DNA of 64,000 nt from Octopus vulgaris (taxonomy: Eukaryota). Below the pieces are notes generated by a model. The model saw only the letters and a list, made by a program, of their open reading frames with translations. It was not told the DNA's origin and did not search any database. Each line of letters opens with the position of its first letter. Positions within the stretch are counted from its first letter, which is position 1. Position numbers and translations under genes: made by a program. Where the stretch lies: contig OX597823.1 in assembly GCA_951406725.2 (NCBI GenBank), positions 86,676,001-86,740,000 on the forward strand. Direction: 5' to 3'. Positions 53,466 to 64,000 of the stretch are shown piece after piece.

Positions 53466-55188
53466 CTGCTTCTTCTTCTTCTGCTTCTTCTTCTTCTTCT
53501 TCTTCTTCATATTTATTAGGTGGTATGATTTCTTGTTTGTATTTGTCAGCTTCCTTAAATACTGAGAACAGTTTTTTGTTTTGTTCGTGTTTTGCCGCTA
53601 TTTGTATCAGTTTTCCTTCCTTCTGAAGTAGATATTTTTGCAGTCCTATGGTGGTTATTTTATAGTAGTTTTCCAGCTGTATAAAGCCTCTACCACCTTC
53701 TATACGTTGTATATATAGTCTTTCTATGTCAGATTTTGGGTGATGCATCCTAGATCCTGACATTATTTTTCTTGTTTTCCTATCTATTTTGGTCAGTTCA
53801 TTTAGTGTCCAGTTAAGGATATTGTAGCTGTAACTTATAAGTGGGACAGCTAAAGTGTTAATACCTATTATCTTGTTTTTAGCATTGAGCTCTGTATTTA
53901 GTATTGATCTACCTCGTCTATAATATTCTTTTTTATTTTCTCTTTCATTTGTGTGTGTTGTGTCTTATCTAGTTCATGGATTCCTAAGTATTTGTAAGTT
54001 TGGCTTTGGTCTAATACTTTTATTTCATTGGTTTTATCTAGTGTGATGTTGCTACTCTTAACTAGTTTTCCTCTTTTCATGGTTTCCTTAGCGCATTTTC
54101 TAATCCAAATTTCATATCTATTTCTTTGGTAAATCCATGAACTGTCTTTAATAGTGTTTCCAGCTGTTTGTCATTTGCAGCGTATAGTTTTAGGTCATCC
54201 ATATATAAAAGGTGGCTGATCGTTATGCCGTAAGATTTATATCCGCATCCAGTTCTATTCAGCATATCAGATAGAGGTGACAGTGCCAAGCAGAAAAGGA
54301 GTGGAGTGAGCGTGTCTCCCTGGAATATTCCTCTTCTAATGGGGATGGCTTTGGTTTTCATGAGTCCCTCTTTTGTTTGGGGCTGTAGCACTGTTTGCCA
54401 TTTATTTATAGAGTGTCCTATGAATTTTATAATTGTTGGTGCTACTTTGTTAATGGCTAGTGTTTCGAGGATCCATGTGTGGGGGATGCTATCAAACGCC
54501 TTTTTGTAGTCGATCCAGGCCATACTGAGGCCTTTCTTCTTTCTGTGACTGTCTTCAGTTATGGCTTTATTAATCATTAGTTGATCTTTACAGCCATATG
54601 AGCCTTTGCGGCATCCTTTCTGCTCTCCTGGAAACAGGTTGTTTTCGTCCAGGTGCTTGTTCAGCCTTTGCGATATCACTGCAGTAAATGCCTTGTACAT
54701 TGTAGGGAGACATGTTATTGGTCTGTAGTTTCTGGTTTTGCTGTCTCATTTGATTTGGGAATTAAGATGGTTTTCCCCTTCGTGAGCCATTCAGGTATTG
54801 TCTCTGGCTCTGCCAGTATGTTGTTAAAATTTTTGTGCATTCTTGTTAGATATTTCAGCCAGAAGTTGGGGATCTTGTCATGCCCAGGTGCCTTCCAGTT
54901 GCTTAGTCTTTGCAGTTGTTATGGGGCTCCAAAGTTGCTCAGATGCTGAGTTTTTTGTTTTAATACTCCTTTTTTTTGTTGTTCGTTCGCCGACCATATT
55001 TCTCTCCAGAATTCTTCCACTTCTTCTGCCGTTGGTGCTGCAGTGGTTTCTATTTTATTTTTGCCACGTTCTTGGTAGAACTTTTTGGGGTTGGAGTTGA
55101 ACTTTTTGTTTTGTTCAAAGAAGCGCTGGCGTTTCTCGTACCGGCGGATCCTTTGTGCTTTGGCAAGCATATCTTGCTTTAGCTTTTC

Positions 55189-55189
<1 letters not shown>
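52609..55189 (-). mobile_element. 5'-truncated R4/Dong-like RLE non-LTR retrotransposon (RT + restriction-like endonuclease), decayed
   Basis: ORF pieces: EQKGCRKG, WIDYKKAFDSIPH, GIFQGDTLTPLLF, HLLYMDDLKLY (54077-54700); HPKSDIERLYIQRIEGGRG (53317-53763); KAETEGLLIAAQ; RPDI-type RLE and IPIIVGALG (52707-53040). The 3' UTR is followed by (TAA)n at 52551-52608. Confidence 0.93.
54077..54700 (-). pseudogene. Reverse transcriptase core of the R4/Dong-like element
   Basis: 207-aa ORF with RT motifs including DYKKAFDS, QGD and YMDD; frameshifted at both ends. Confidence 0.9.
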
Positions 55190-55283
<94 letters not shown>

Positions 55284-55320
55284 TATCATTATCATTATTA
55301 TCATTATTATTATTACTATT

Positions 55321-55409
<89 letters not shown>

Positions 55410-55415
55410 CATTAT

Positions 55416-55860
55416 TTGATGAAACCTCACAATTTATTTTGCTGAATATGATGCAACGTGTCAGCTGTCCACAGCCAGCAGAGTAAGGTGAGACTTGTTT
55501 ACTTGTCATGTTTCAAGAGCCATAAGAAGAATTCTTTCAGATCCAATCAATGCTGATGTTTGTAGGTGATCTACTTTTACAATCCTTGCAATCATTTTGA
55601 GCCGTGTTGGTAGTTAAGTGCTGGTACTTCCAAGAGCACCATTTACTATTGGTATCAAATCTACTCTCCACATTGAATACACATTTTCGTATTTCCTACT
55701 TCTTTTCGTTGTAATTGTACAGATTTCCTTCTTTCTCTTTTGATGTTGTCACCAGGACATGTTCTATCGATTATCCTGCAAAGCTTCCTTTCTTATTCAT
55801 CACAACAATGTCAGGTTTCAGATGTCTGCTCCAGTGATCGCACTGAATCATTGCATCCTA
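55416..55860 (-). mobile_element. 3' end (RLE C-terminus + 3' UTR) of a second, more diverged R4/Dong-like element
   Basis: Minus-strand translation gives ...YSMWRVDLIPIVNGALGS..., then a UTR, then a (TAA)n tail at 55190-55415. Confidence 0.6.
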
Positions 55861-55875
55861 CAGGATTCTGCCATC

Positions 55876-55981
55876 AGCGAGATGGCAGAATCGTTAGCAC
55901 GTCTTCACGTTCTAAGTTCAAATTCCGCCGAAGTGGACATTGCTTTTCATCTTTTCACGGTCGATAAAATAAGTACTAATT
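55876..55981 (+). mobile_element. SINE family A (internally deleted)
   Basis: GGCAGAATCGTTAGCACG|TCTTCACGTTCTAAGTTCAAATTCCGCCG. Confidence 0.75.
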
Positions 55982-56023
55982 GACATTACTTACGGATATT
56001 TGTCCTCATCATGTTTGTTATTA

Positions 56024-56067
56024 ACACAACGTTTCAGCTGATATATCCTCAAGCCTTCTTCAAGTGT
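56024..56067 (-). ncRNA. Minimal Penelope-type hammerhead with palindromic stem III (core C3U variant), within a pLTR-like fragment at ~55985-56095
   Basis: Minus strand ACAC-TTGAAGA-AGGCTTGA..TCAGCT-GAAAC-GTT-GTGT. The ACGT palindrome at stem III is typical of dimer-acting PLE hammerheads. Confidence 0.55.
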
Positions 56068-56184
56068 CTTGGGGAAAATTCGAAACTGGGTTGTTGTTAT
56101 TACTACACACACACATATATGTCGTTATATATATATATACACATATAAATAAATCTGTAGTTATATATACGTCCATAAACATAT

Positions 56185-56231
<47 letters not shown>

Positions 56232-56249
56232 CATATATATATATACATG

Positions 56250-56562
56250 TGGAGGCGCAATGGCCCAGTGGTTAGGGTAGCGGACTCGCGGTCGTATGAT
56301 CGCGGTTTCGATTCCCAGACCGGGCGGTGTGAGTGTTTATTGAGCGAAAACACCTAAAGCTCCACGAGGCTCCGGCAGGGGGTGGTGGCGACCCCTGTTA
56401 TACTCTTTCGCCACAACTTTCTCTCACTCTTTCTTCTGTTGGCCTGCTTGCTTAGCCAGCGTGGTGGCGTTATTTGAAGGCTAAAACAATGCAAAGCGCA
56501 TTGTGACCAGCGATGTGTAGCAACATCTGATAGCCTGGTCGGTCACGGTGATCACGGTGATA
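56250..56562 (+). mobile_element. SINE family C, tRNA(Arg)-like head, full length
   Basis: A box TGGCCCAGTGG (56261), anticodon-arm-like GGACTCGCGGTC (TCG), B box GGTTTCGATTCCC (56304), tail GGTCGGTCACGGTGA. Lies within (TA)n/(CA)n. Confidence 0.88.
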
Positions 56563-56707
56563 TATATACATATGTATATGTATATATATATAATATATGT
56601 ATGTATATATTATATATGTTAATACATGCATACATGCATACATAGATATATGCATTCATACATGCATACATATATGCATACACGCACACGCGTACATACA
56701 TACATAT

Positions 56708-57126
56708 ATTCTTTTACTCTTTTACTTGTTTCAGCTATTTGACTACTGCCATGCTGTAGCACCGCCTTTAGACAAGCAAATCGACCTCAGGACTTATTTT
56801 TTGTAAGACTAGAACTTATTTTATCGGTCTCTTTTGCCGAACCGATTAGTTACGGAGGCGTAAACACACAACTATCGGTTGTCAAGCGATGTTGGTGGAC
56901 AAACACAGACACACAAACATAAGTACACATACATATATATGTATATATATATATACATATGTACGACGGGCGTCTTTCAGTTTCTGTCGACCAAATTCAC
57001 TCACAAGCCTTTAGTCGGCCAGGGGCTATAGCAGAATACACTTGCCCAAGGTTCGACGCTGTGGGAATGAACCCAGAACCATGTGGTTGGTAAGCAAACT
57101 ACATACCACACAGCCACACCTTCGCC
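56708..57126 (-). mobile_element. SINE family B, full length
   Basis: Reverse complement of the 4024-4436 consensus. Confidence 0.9.
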
Positions 57127-57830
57127 CGGGTATGATTGTTATGTAAATAGATGCAATCAAATGTGACTAGTGCTGTCGTACACATACTTACACACAAACA
57201 TACATATATATACACGCACATATATACGAATACATACATACTTACATGCATACATACATGCATTCATACATATATACATACATGCATGCATGCATAACAA
57301 ATACATACATATGTGTATGATTGTGATGTAAATAGATGCAATCACATGTGACTAGGGTTGTCGTAATAATATCAATTTTTTGAGATTTCTAATATCAATT
57401 TATTCGTTGTTCTTTGCTCTATTGATTCTCGTTACTTCGTTGGTTTTTGTTATATCTTTTATATTTTATTTTGTATTGACATTATATTTTTTGGTATGCT
57501 TTGCCCTTACTGATTTATATTCAAGAGCAGTTGGTGTATTTTAAGGCAATTGTCGTTCTGTTTTTTGTTTTTTTTTGACATTATTTTCATATCTCGAGTT
57601 GTGATTACAGTACGTAAATCGAATGTATACATCTATTTTAGAGGGATATAATTGTCCTACATGTATGAATAATTTTACTATTTATTATCGAAGAATACAT
57701 ACACACACACACACACACACTTATGCATATATGTATCTATCTACGAATGTAAGTGTATTTTTCACGTCTATAAAATACAGTAAAATTACGTACATATATG
57801 TATGTGTGTATGCACACAGATATAGATACT

Positions 57831-57896
<66 letters not shown>

Positions 57897-59139
57897 TATA
57901 TATATATATTATATATACATATATATATATATGTATTTATATATACACATATATATGTATGTATATATATATATATATATACACACATACACACACACAT
58001 ATATATATACGTGTATATATTTATATATGTATATATGCATATATGTATGTATGCATGTATTTATAGCAAGATTATCTCACCGTCAGTTAATTTATAAATT
58101 AAGTGCTAAAATATACTTATGTAAATACTAAACATGTACAATCCAATTCGTTAGTAGAAAAATTCATTTTGTCGTAATAAAGTTATGGAGGAGGTCAACT
58201 TAAAAACCTGTGATAATATATTCACCTTATCGAATTAGATTCTTCATTTTGTGTCGATCAATGCAAAGCAATGCACTGTATTTCTTGTTATATATTTGTC
58301 TTTTGTTTATATTTGTGTGTTTTATTGTAGAAATAAGATAATTACTTATAAATTGAACCTTAAATGCGTTATCAGTAACGTGGGAAATAGAAACACATTT
58401 CATCAACTTATTGTTAAATATTTTTAGCAACATTTCTTTTTAATATTCATTGATCTTTGAATGTAAAAGAGGGAAAGAGAAGAAAATCGATTTTCATTTC
58501 TATTTATTTCTTTTATTGAAAAGGTTTGTTTTTTTTAAATTAATCTCCTATTCCATAGTATTGATATATTATTGGTAATTTTGGTAAATCAAATCTTATG
58601 CGAAATAAAAAGAAAAAAATATGCAATGATGTCAAAACAGTTGGAAAATAAAAACGATTTATTTCCAGGTTTCGTTGAAGACAACGCCTTAGTATAATGC
58701 AATGCTAAATTTGGAAATACGTAAAACGCGTTGTTTCGGAGCTTGCGCTTGAAATGTTAAGATTAGGCAGTTAAATGTTTATAGAAAAATACTGATGTCG
58801 TGAACTCACAATAAACTTACATGCAAAAGCTTCGTATTTATTATGGATTCTGTTGTATCCTAATTTTATATAACGGTTACATCCTGTGTATATGTACACA
58901 GATTACTATAGATGAAACTTGTTATATATTGCTGTTTAAAATCGGTAAAATTAGCTTCTGTTGTTGAAAATAAGTTACCTTTGGCATGAGGAAATAGAAG
59001 AATGTGGCAATTTAGATTAGTGAATTACTCCCGTCTCTTTACAGTGATGTATTTTACATATACAGAAATATTAACTGACGTGCAGCGACTGATTGATTTC
59101 CTTATTTGGCTATAATTTATGAAATAATACTGCCACTCT

Positions 59140-59224
<85 letters not shown>

Positions 59225-59241
59225 TAATAATAACAATAATG

Positions 59242-59272
<31 letters not shown>

Positions 59273-59307
59273 AAACAGTAGGAATAGTAGTAGTGGTAGT
59301 AGTTGTG

Positions 59308-59353
<46 letters not shown>

Positions 59354-59452
59354 CAGCAGCAGCAGCAGCGTTGCTGATATAATTTATTACTTTTATTGGT
59401 TTTTATCTGTTACTAATGCCAACTTTCTTCTTCTTCTTCTTCTTCTTCTTCT

Positions 59453-59499
<47 letters not shown>

Positions 59500-59512
59500 T
59501 TCTTCTTCTTCA
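59140..59512. repeat. Compound (TAC)n(TAA)n(TAG)n(CAG)n and (TTC)n trinucleotide tracts
   Basis: Direct reading. Confidence 0.93.
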
Positions 59513-59519
59513 TCTTTCC

Positions 59520-59930
59520 TGGATGGATCATTAGCGTATCGGATGAAGTACTTCGCGGCATTTCTTTCGGCTTTTTACATTCTGGGATCAAATTCCGCCG
59601 AGGTCGACTCTGCGGTTCATCTTTCGGGATCGATGAAATAAGTACCAATAACGCACTGGAGTCGACTTATACCCTCCCACAAAATATTTCAGGCACTGTA
59701 CCTACAGTAGAACGGATTATTATTAAATGAAGTGCACAATTTGAATCATTATAGAATCAATCAAAATGCTTTGTGACATTCGTTCCGGTCCTTTGTTTTC
59801 TGAGTTCAAAGCCCGCCGGAGTCAACTTTCCTCCTCTCGAAATCAATAAAATAAGTACCAGTTAATCGCTGGTCGATATTATTTATTTATTCTCTCCCCT
59901 CAAAATTGCTGGCTTTGTTCCAAATTTGAA
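59520..59930 (+). mobile_element. Two degraded family A SINE copies
   Basis: CAAATTCCGCCGAGGTCGAC (59589) and TGAGTTCAAAGCCCGCCG (59801), each followed by AAATAAGTACCA. Confidence 0.7.
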
Positions 59931-60169
59931 AGCGTCTCAGAAAACATAGACAAGATGGCTTCTTTCTCACAGAGAAAACATAAAAATTACATCGCAACAA
60001 CGTGCCCCGGAGTCAACAATCGGATTTAGGGTTTCTCTTTAACAAACAAACTACCTTGTTCTTTCTCTTGCAATGTAGTTACGAGAGTCCGAGGGGATGG
60101 TCATGCCTTCTTCATTTCCACGAAGCTAAATCAACCTGTTACTTAATGTTGCCTAGTGTTTGTCCTTCC

Positions 60170-60330
60170 ACCATGGCTTGGCAATCGATGTTGGTGTGTT
60201 TATGTCCCCGTTACCTAGCGGTTCGGCAAAATACAACGATAGAATAAGTACTGGGCTTGAAAGAATTTGTGTGATCGTCAATTAATACAGCGTAGCCGTA
60301 GTCTAATGACTGAAACAAGTCAGTGATAGA
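60170..60330 (+). mobile_element. SINE family B 3' half
   Basis: GGTGTGTTTATGTCCCCG..AGCGGTTCGGCAAAA..GATAGAATAAGTACT..AATGACTGAAACAAG. Confidence 0.75.
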
Positions 60331-60838
60331 ATATATACACAAAACATGCGCGCACACGCACACACACACACACATATAGACTCACTCACACAAACACCTA
60401 TACACCGCTGGTCGCTGATACTGGTCAATTTCTGCCAAACTGGCAGTTCCATGGCGCAGCTCAATCAATGTTGTTGATTGTTTTAGTTAAAGCTGCGGAT
60501 TTTAAAATCTGTCCAGAGATATCTCTGTTCAGTATTCCCCATTGTTAACGGCTAAAGTACTAGAACCGCGTCTTGGAACCCGATAGGGAGCAGCACTTCG
60601 CAGATATGGTCTTTTATACCTTTTCCATAAGGGAAAATATTTTCTCCAGGGCATCTATAGTGGATTCGCCTTTAGAAAAGGAAATATGCCACAAACATAT
60701 TTCAACTCATCTAAAGTTCACTTAAACTTCAACAATGGTTAAAACCAATACTACTGTAATATATACGTGTGTGTGTGTGTGTGTGTGTTTGTGTTTGTGT
60801 GTGAGAGAGTGTGTGTGTATAGATATAGATATATATGC

Positions 60839-60895
<57 letters not shown>

Positions 60896-60898
60896 TTG

Positions 60899-60948
<50 letters not shown>

Positions 60949-61094
60949 AAGACGAACTGACAGCGAGACAGATATAGATAGAGAAAGAGAGTTGGAGACA
61001 ATGTGAGAGCGAAAGAACGGGTGAGATAGATAGGTAGATAGATAATTGCATAAACTCACGCACATATATTTATTACTGTTATTCATAGATTAAA

Positions 61095-61330
61095 ATTGTC
61101 AACTGGGGCTCACATGTCACTAGGTTCCAGGAATGAATATGTTGTTGAGATTACGCGGCATAAATTCGTTATATTTCTACAATTCCTAAATAAAAAAAAC
61201 AAAATTCAATTCCTATTAATATTTCAAAATAGAAATATAAAAGGATTTTTTCTAAACAATAAATAGCTATGAGGGTCCACCCAAATAAGATAGGAATCAA
61301 ATAGGTTCATACGTACAAGAGGATTAAATG
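61095..61330. mobile_element. Degraded copy of the same hAT-like MITE
   Basis: TCAACTGGGG.. and GCTATGAGGGTCCACC..GAATCAAATAGGTTCATA similarity to 5778-6290. Confidence 0.35.
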
Positions 61331-61479
61331 ATTAATGTCAAACTGCAAAATATCTCGATTTTACAATCCTGTCATCCGTAGCTACAATCCTACCCCTCAA
61401 CACTAATTATTAAAATTGTAAATAAGTTAGCGCCGTCATATATATTTCGCCTATCATAGCAAGTATGGCGATGAACTGG

Positions 61480-61945
61480 CGATCGCGAAATCGTTATTTT
61501 GATTTCATGACCGGGCGGCGCATTGGTCATGCGTAACTCTGTTTCGATTCCGGGAGAGGACCTGTATTGTGTTACTGGGCAAATCATTTGGTCACACATA
61601 CATATGTTTCGATTTCCGGGACCGGACGACACTTTGTGTTCATGAGCCAAACATTTTGTCACGCGTAACTATGTTTCGATTCCGGGAGAGAGCCGTGTAT
61701 TGTGTTCATGAGCAAAATATTTTGTCACGCGTAACTCTTTCGATGCGGGGACAGTTTGGCGCATTGTGTTACTGAGCAGAACATTTGATTTCACGCACTG
61801 CTATCCCTTCGTCATCCGACGTGTGGCTCACTCCGTGCACCTGTACAGACAACGTCGATTTGAGGGGGGAAATAAGCTTATGCACAGCACAAACATTTGA
61901 TTATTATACGCAAATTATGTATGCAGGTGACTCAGCAAAATGTTT
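61480..61945 (+). mobile_element. SINE-like element with four tandem ~65-bp internal units
   Basis: Units begin at 61526, 61591, 61658 and 61724: GTCACGCGTAACT..TTTCGATTCCGGG..TTGTGTT..TGAGCAA..ATTTT. Confidence 0.65.
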
Positions 61946-62463
61946 ATGAGGGGATAATCTGCATAACTATTTAAGGTTAACACACTGTAGATTATGTTAT
62001 ATCACTCTCAGTACAATGCAGTCGCTCTAAAAATTCCAGCCGAGCCGCTGAAAGGAAGCCGTTGACGTTTTGACAGCTTTAAGAGGGTGTAACAGTAAGA
62101 AACTAGTTCGTCTCACTTTTAAATATGTCACAGCCTCATTGTAAAGGACAAGATGTAAAACTAAGGTAGTTATTTTGTGTGTATATGATGGTGGAATCTC
62201 CGGTCGAATACATTGTATGAATGTTCAGTAAGAAAGCAATTAGATCGAATGAGGATTCATATTATTACAGAAACAGAAGAACAAATAAACTGGCCTGACA
62301 CAAAAATTGGTAGCACAGGTATTTCTATTACTACTACTAGGTCATTTCTCACAGGTAAAACTATTAGCTAATCGTGCACATATCTTCATAAAATTGTTCA
62401 AAAGGACAGTCTTTTTTAAAGTCTGTGGTGTGTTGCCTATAAGTTGCAAGGTACAGAAACACG

Positions 62464-62525
<62 letters not shown>

Positions 62526-62946
62526 CACATACTCACATACAGCCTAAATAATATATAACTATATATATGCCATATATATGTCTCTACAAATAAAGTCTCT
62601 TTTAAAGTGTGTTCCGCTGCTTTGACAGGCTTGCACTTAAAACTTGCACTTAAAAGTCAAGACTTGTTAGTTACTATGGTGATATCATTGCCTGCCTACT
62701 TCTTCTACCTATCTCTTTTATGTATCTTTCTCTCTCTCTCACCCTATCTATCTATCTATCTCTCTCTCTCTATCTACCTATCACACACTCTCTCACACTG
62801 TTTTTCTCTCACAACAACACCACTTTCTCTCCCACTTCTTCTAAAATTTCATTGTGTCTGATTCCTCTCCCCTTTTTCGCTCCCTCTAATACATGTTATG
62901 ACGAACAGACAGACGGAGATCCAATTCTCTTTGATAATATCATATT

Positions 62947-63165
62947 AAGGTGACAAGCCGGTAGAATACTTGCTGGGCTGGGCGAAGTGCTTAGCGGTAT
63001 TTTGTCCATCTTTGCGTTCTGAGTTCAAATTCTGCCGAGGTCAACTTTGCCATTCGTTGTTTCGGAGTCGATAAAAACAATAACAAGTTGCGCACTGAGT
63101 CAGTGCAATCAACTTACTCGCTCCGCAAAAAATTGCTGGCGTGGTGCCAAAATTTGATACCATTA
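62947..63165 (+). mobile_element. SINE family A
   Basis: GCTTAGCGGTATTTTGTCC..GAGTTCAAATTCTGCCGAGGTCAACTTTGCC. Confidence 0.8.
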
Positions 63166-63397
63166 TTATTACTGTCATTTACAGCATAAGTATTTTATTT
63201 GGCGAGTGCTCATGCAACTCTTCATGCCACTAATTGATCTTGAGAGGCAATTACAATCACTACACAATAAATTAACATTGTTTGGATCAATATGGATACG
63301 ACTGTGACTTATTAAACCAGAGCGTAAACGGAAACTTGTACAAACGTACACACGTACACACAGAGATATGTATATATATATATATATATACACAGAG

Positions 63398-63434
<37 letters not shown>

Positions 63435-63845
63435 TGTACCTCAGCATGGCCACAGCTCGTGAGCTGAAACTAGATATGAAAAAAAAAAACATTTATATAA
63501 TGATATGCTATTGACATTCAAGCATTTATTTATATTACTATGAATATAATATATAACATAACATAATATTATATAAATAATTATAAATAACCGTAAAAAA
63601 ACAACAAATTGTTTCGACATAGATATTTTGTTTAGACATACATAATCACAGTTCAATTATATATGAGTCACTTTAGAATCAATCGGTTTAGAAAGACGAA
63701 ATCCCGTCAGGAAAGGACGGCTGGATTGTAAAAATTTCTCTTTATTATTGAATTATACCAATATTCATGTGGTATTCAACTGAAGTACCAGTAAATTGGA
63801 TGTTTAGCACGCCCCTTTGAGGGTTTACTTTTCATCAGGTTGTTA

Positions 63846-63889
<44 letters not shown>

Positions 63890-64000
63890 TTTAAGGGCTA
63901 AAAATCACTATGTGGACAGCCATATGCTACAAATAGATCACCTACGATCAAACTACAAAGAAAGAATGTTCACTAGAGAAAATTCGGCGGGCCCCAGAAC

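Noticed and set aside
56250-56325. tRNA-Arg gene
   Set aside because: A and B boxes are present, but there is no proper acceptor stem and it continues into a dispersed SINE body found three times.
60620-60669. Possible 50-nt minus-strand exon (pyrimidine tract-AAG..GTATAA)
   Set aside because: Weak donor, no recognisable peptide and no partner exons.
61526-61795. Repeat-spacer-like array resembling CRISPR
   Set aside because: The variable parts are homologous to each other, the repeats are degenerate and SINE-derived, the context is eukaryotic and there are no cas genes.
63655-63845. Degenerate hammerhead-like boxes (ATGAGTC..GACGAAA..GTC; minus-strand CTGATGA)
   Set aside because: Cores are incomplete and helix I is unsupported; at most a decayed PLE remnant.

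Overview
Eukaryotic, AT-rich, microsatellite-saturated non-coding DNA. The repeat families resemble those of an octopus (coleoid cephalopod) genome; this is an inference from recalled SINE/LINE types, not a database result. No host protein-coding gene, rRNA, true tRNA or CRISPR array can be supported, and almost all listed ORFs are microsatellite translations. The window is a mosaic of four element groups. (i) At least 4-5 tRNA-derived or modular SINE families in dozens of copies, some in tandem or inverted clusters. (ii) Several decayed RLE-type (R4/Dong-like) non-LTR retrotransposon pieces, most abutting (TAA)n tracts. (iii) An RTE RT relic, a deleted mariner, and Tigger-, hAT- and Helitron-type non-autonomous elements. 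(iv) Penelope-type hammerhead ribozyme motifs. The most notable signals are an inverted pair of homologous hammerhead-bearing repeats at ~2.4-2.85 kb (one with an intact core), SINE multimers sharing one junction at four loci, R4/Dong-like copies stacked in TAA tracts, and two long fold-back palindromes next to (TA)n.
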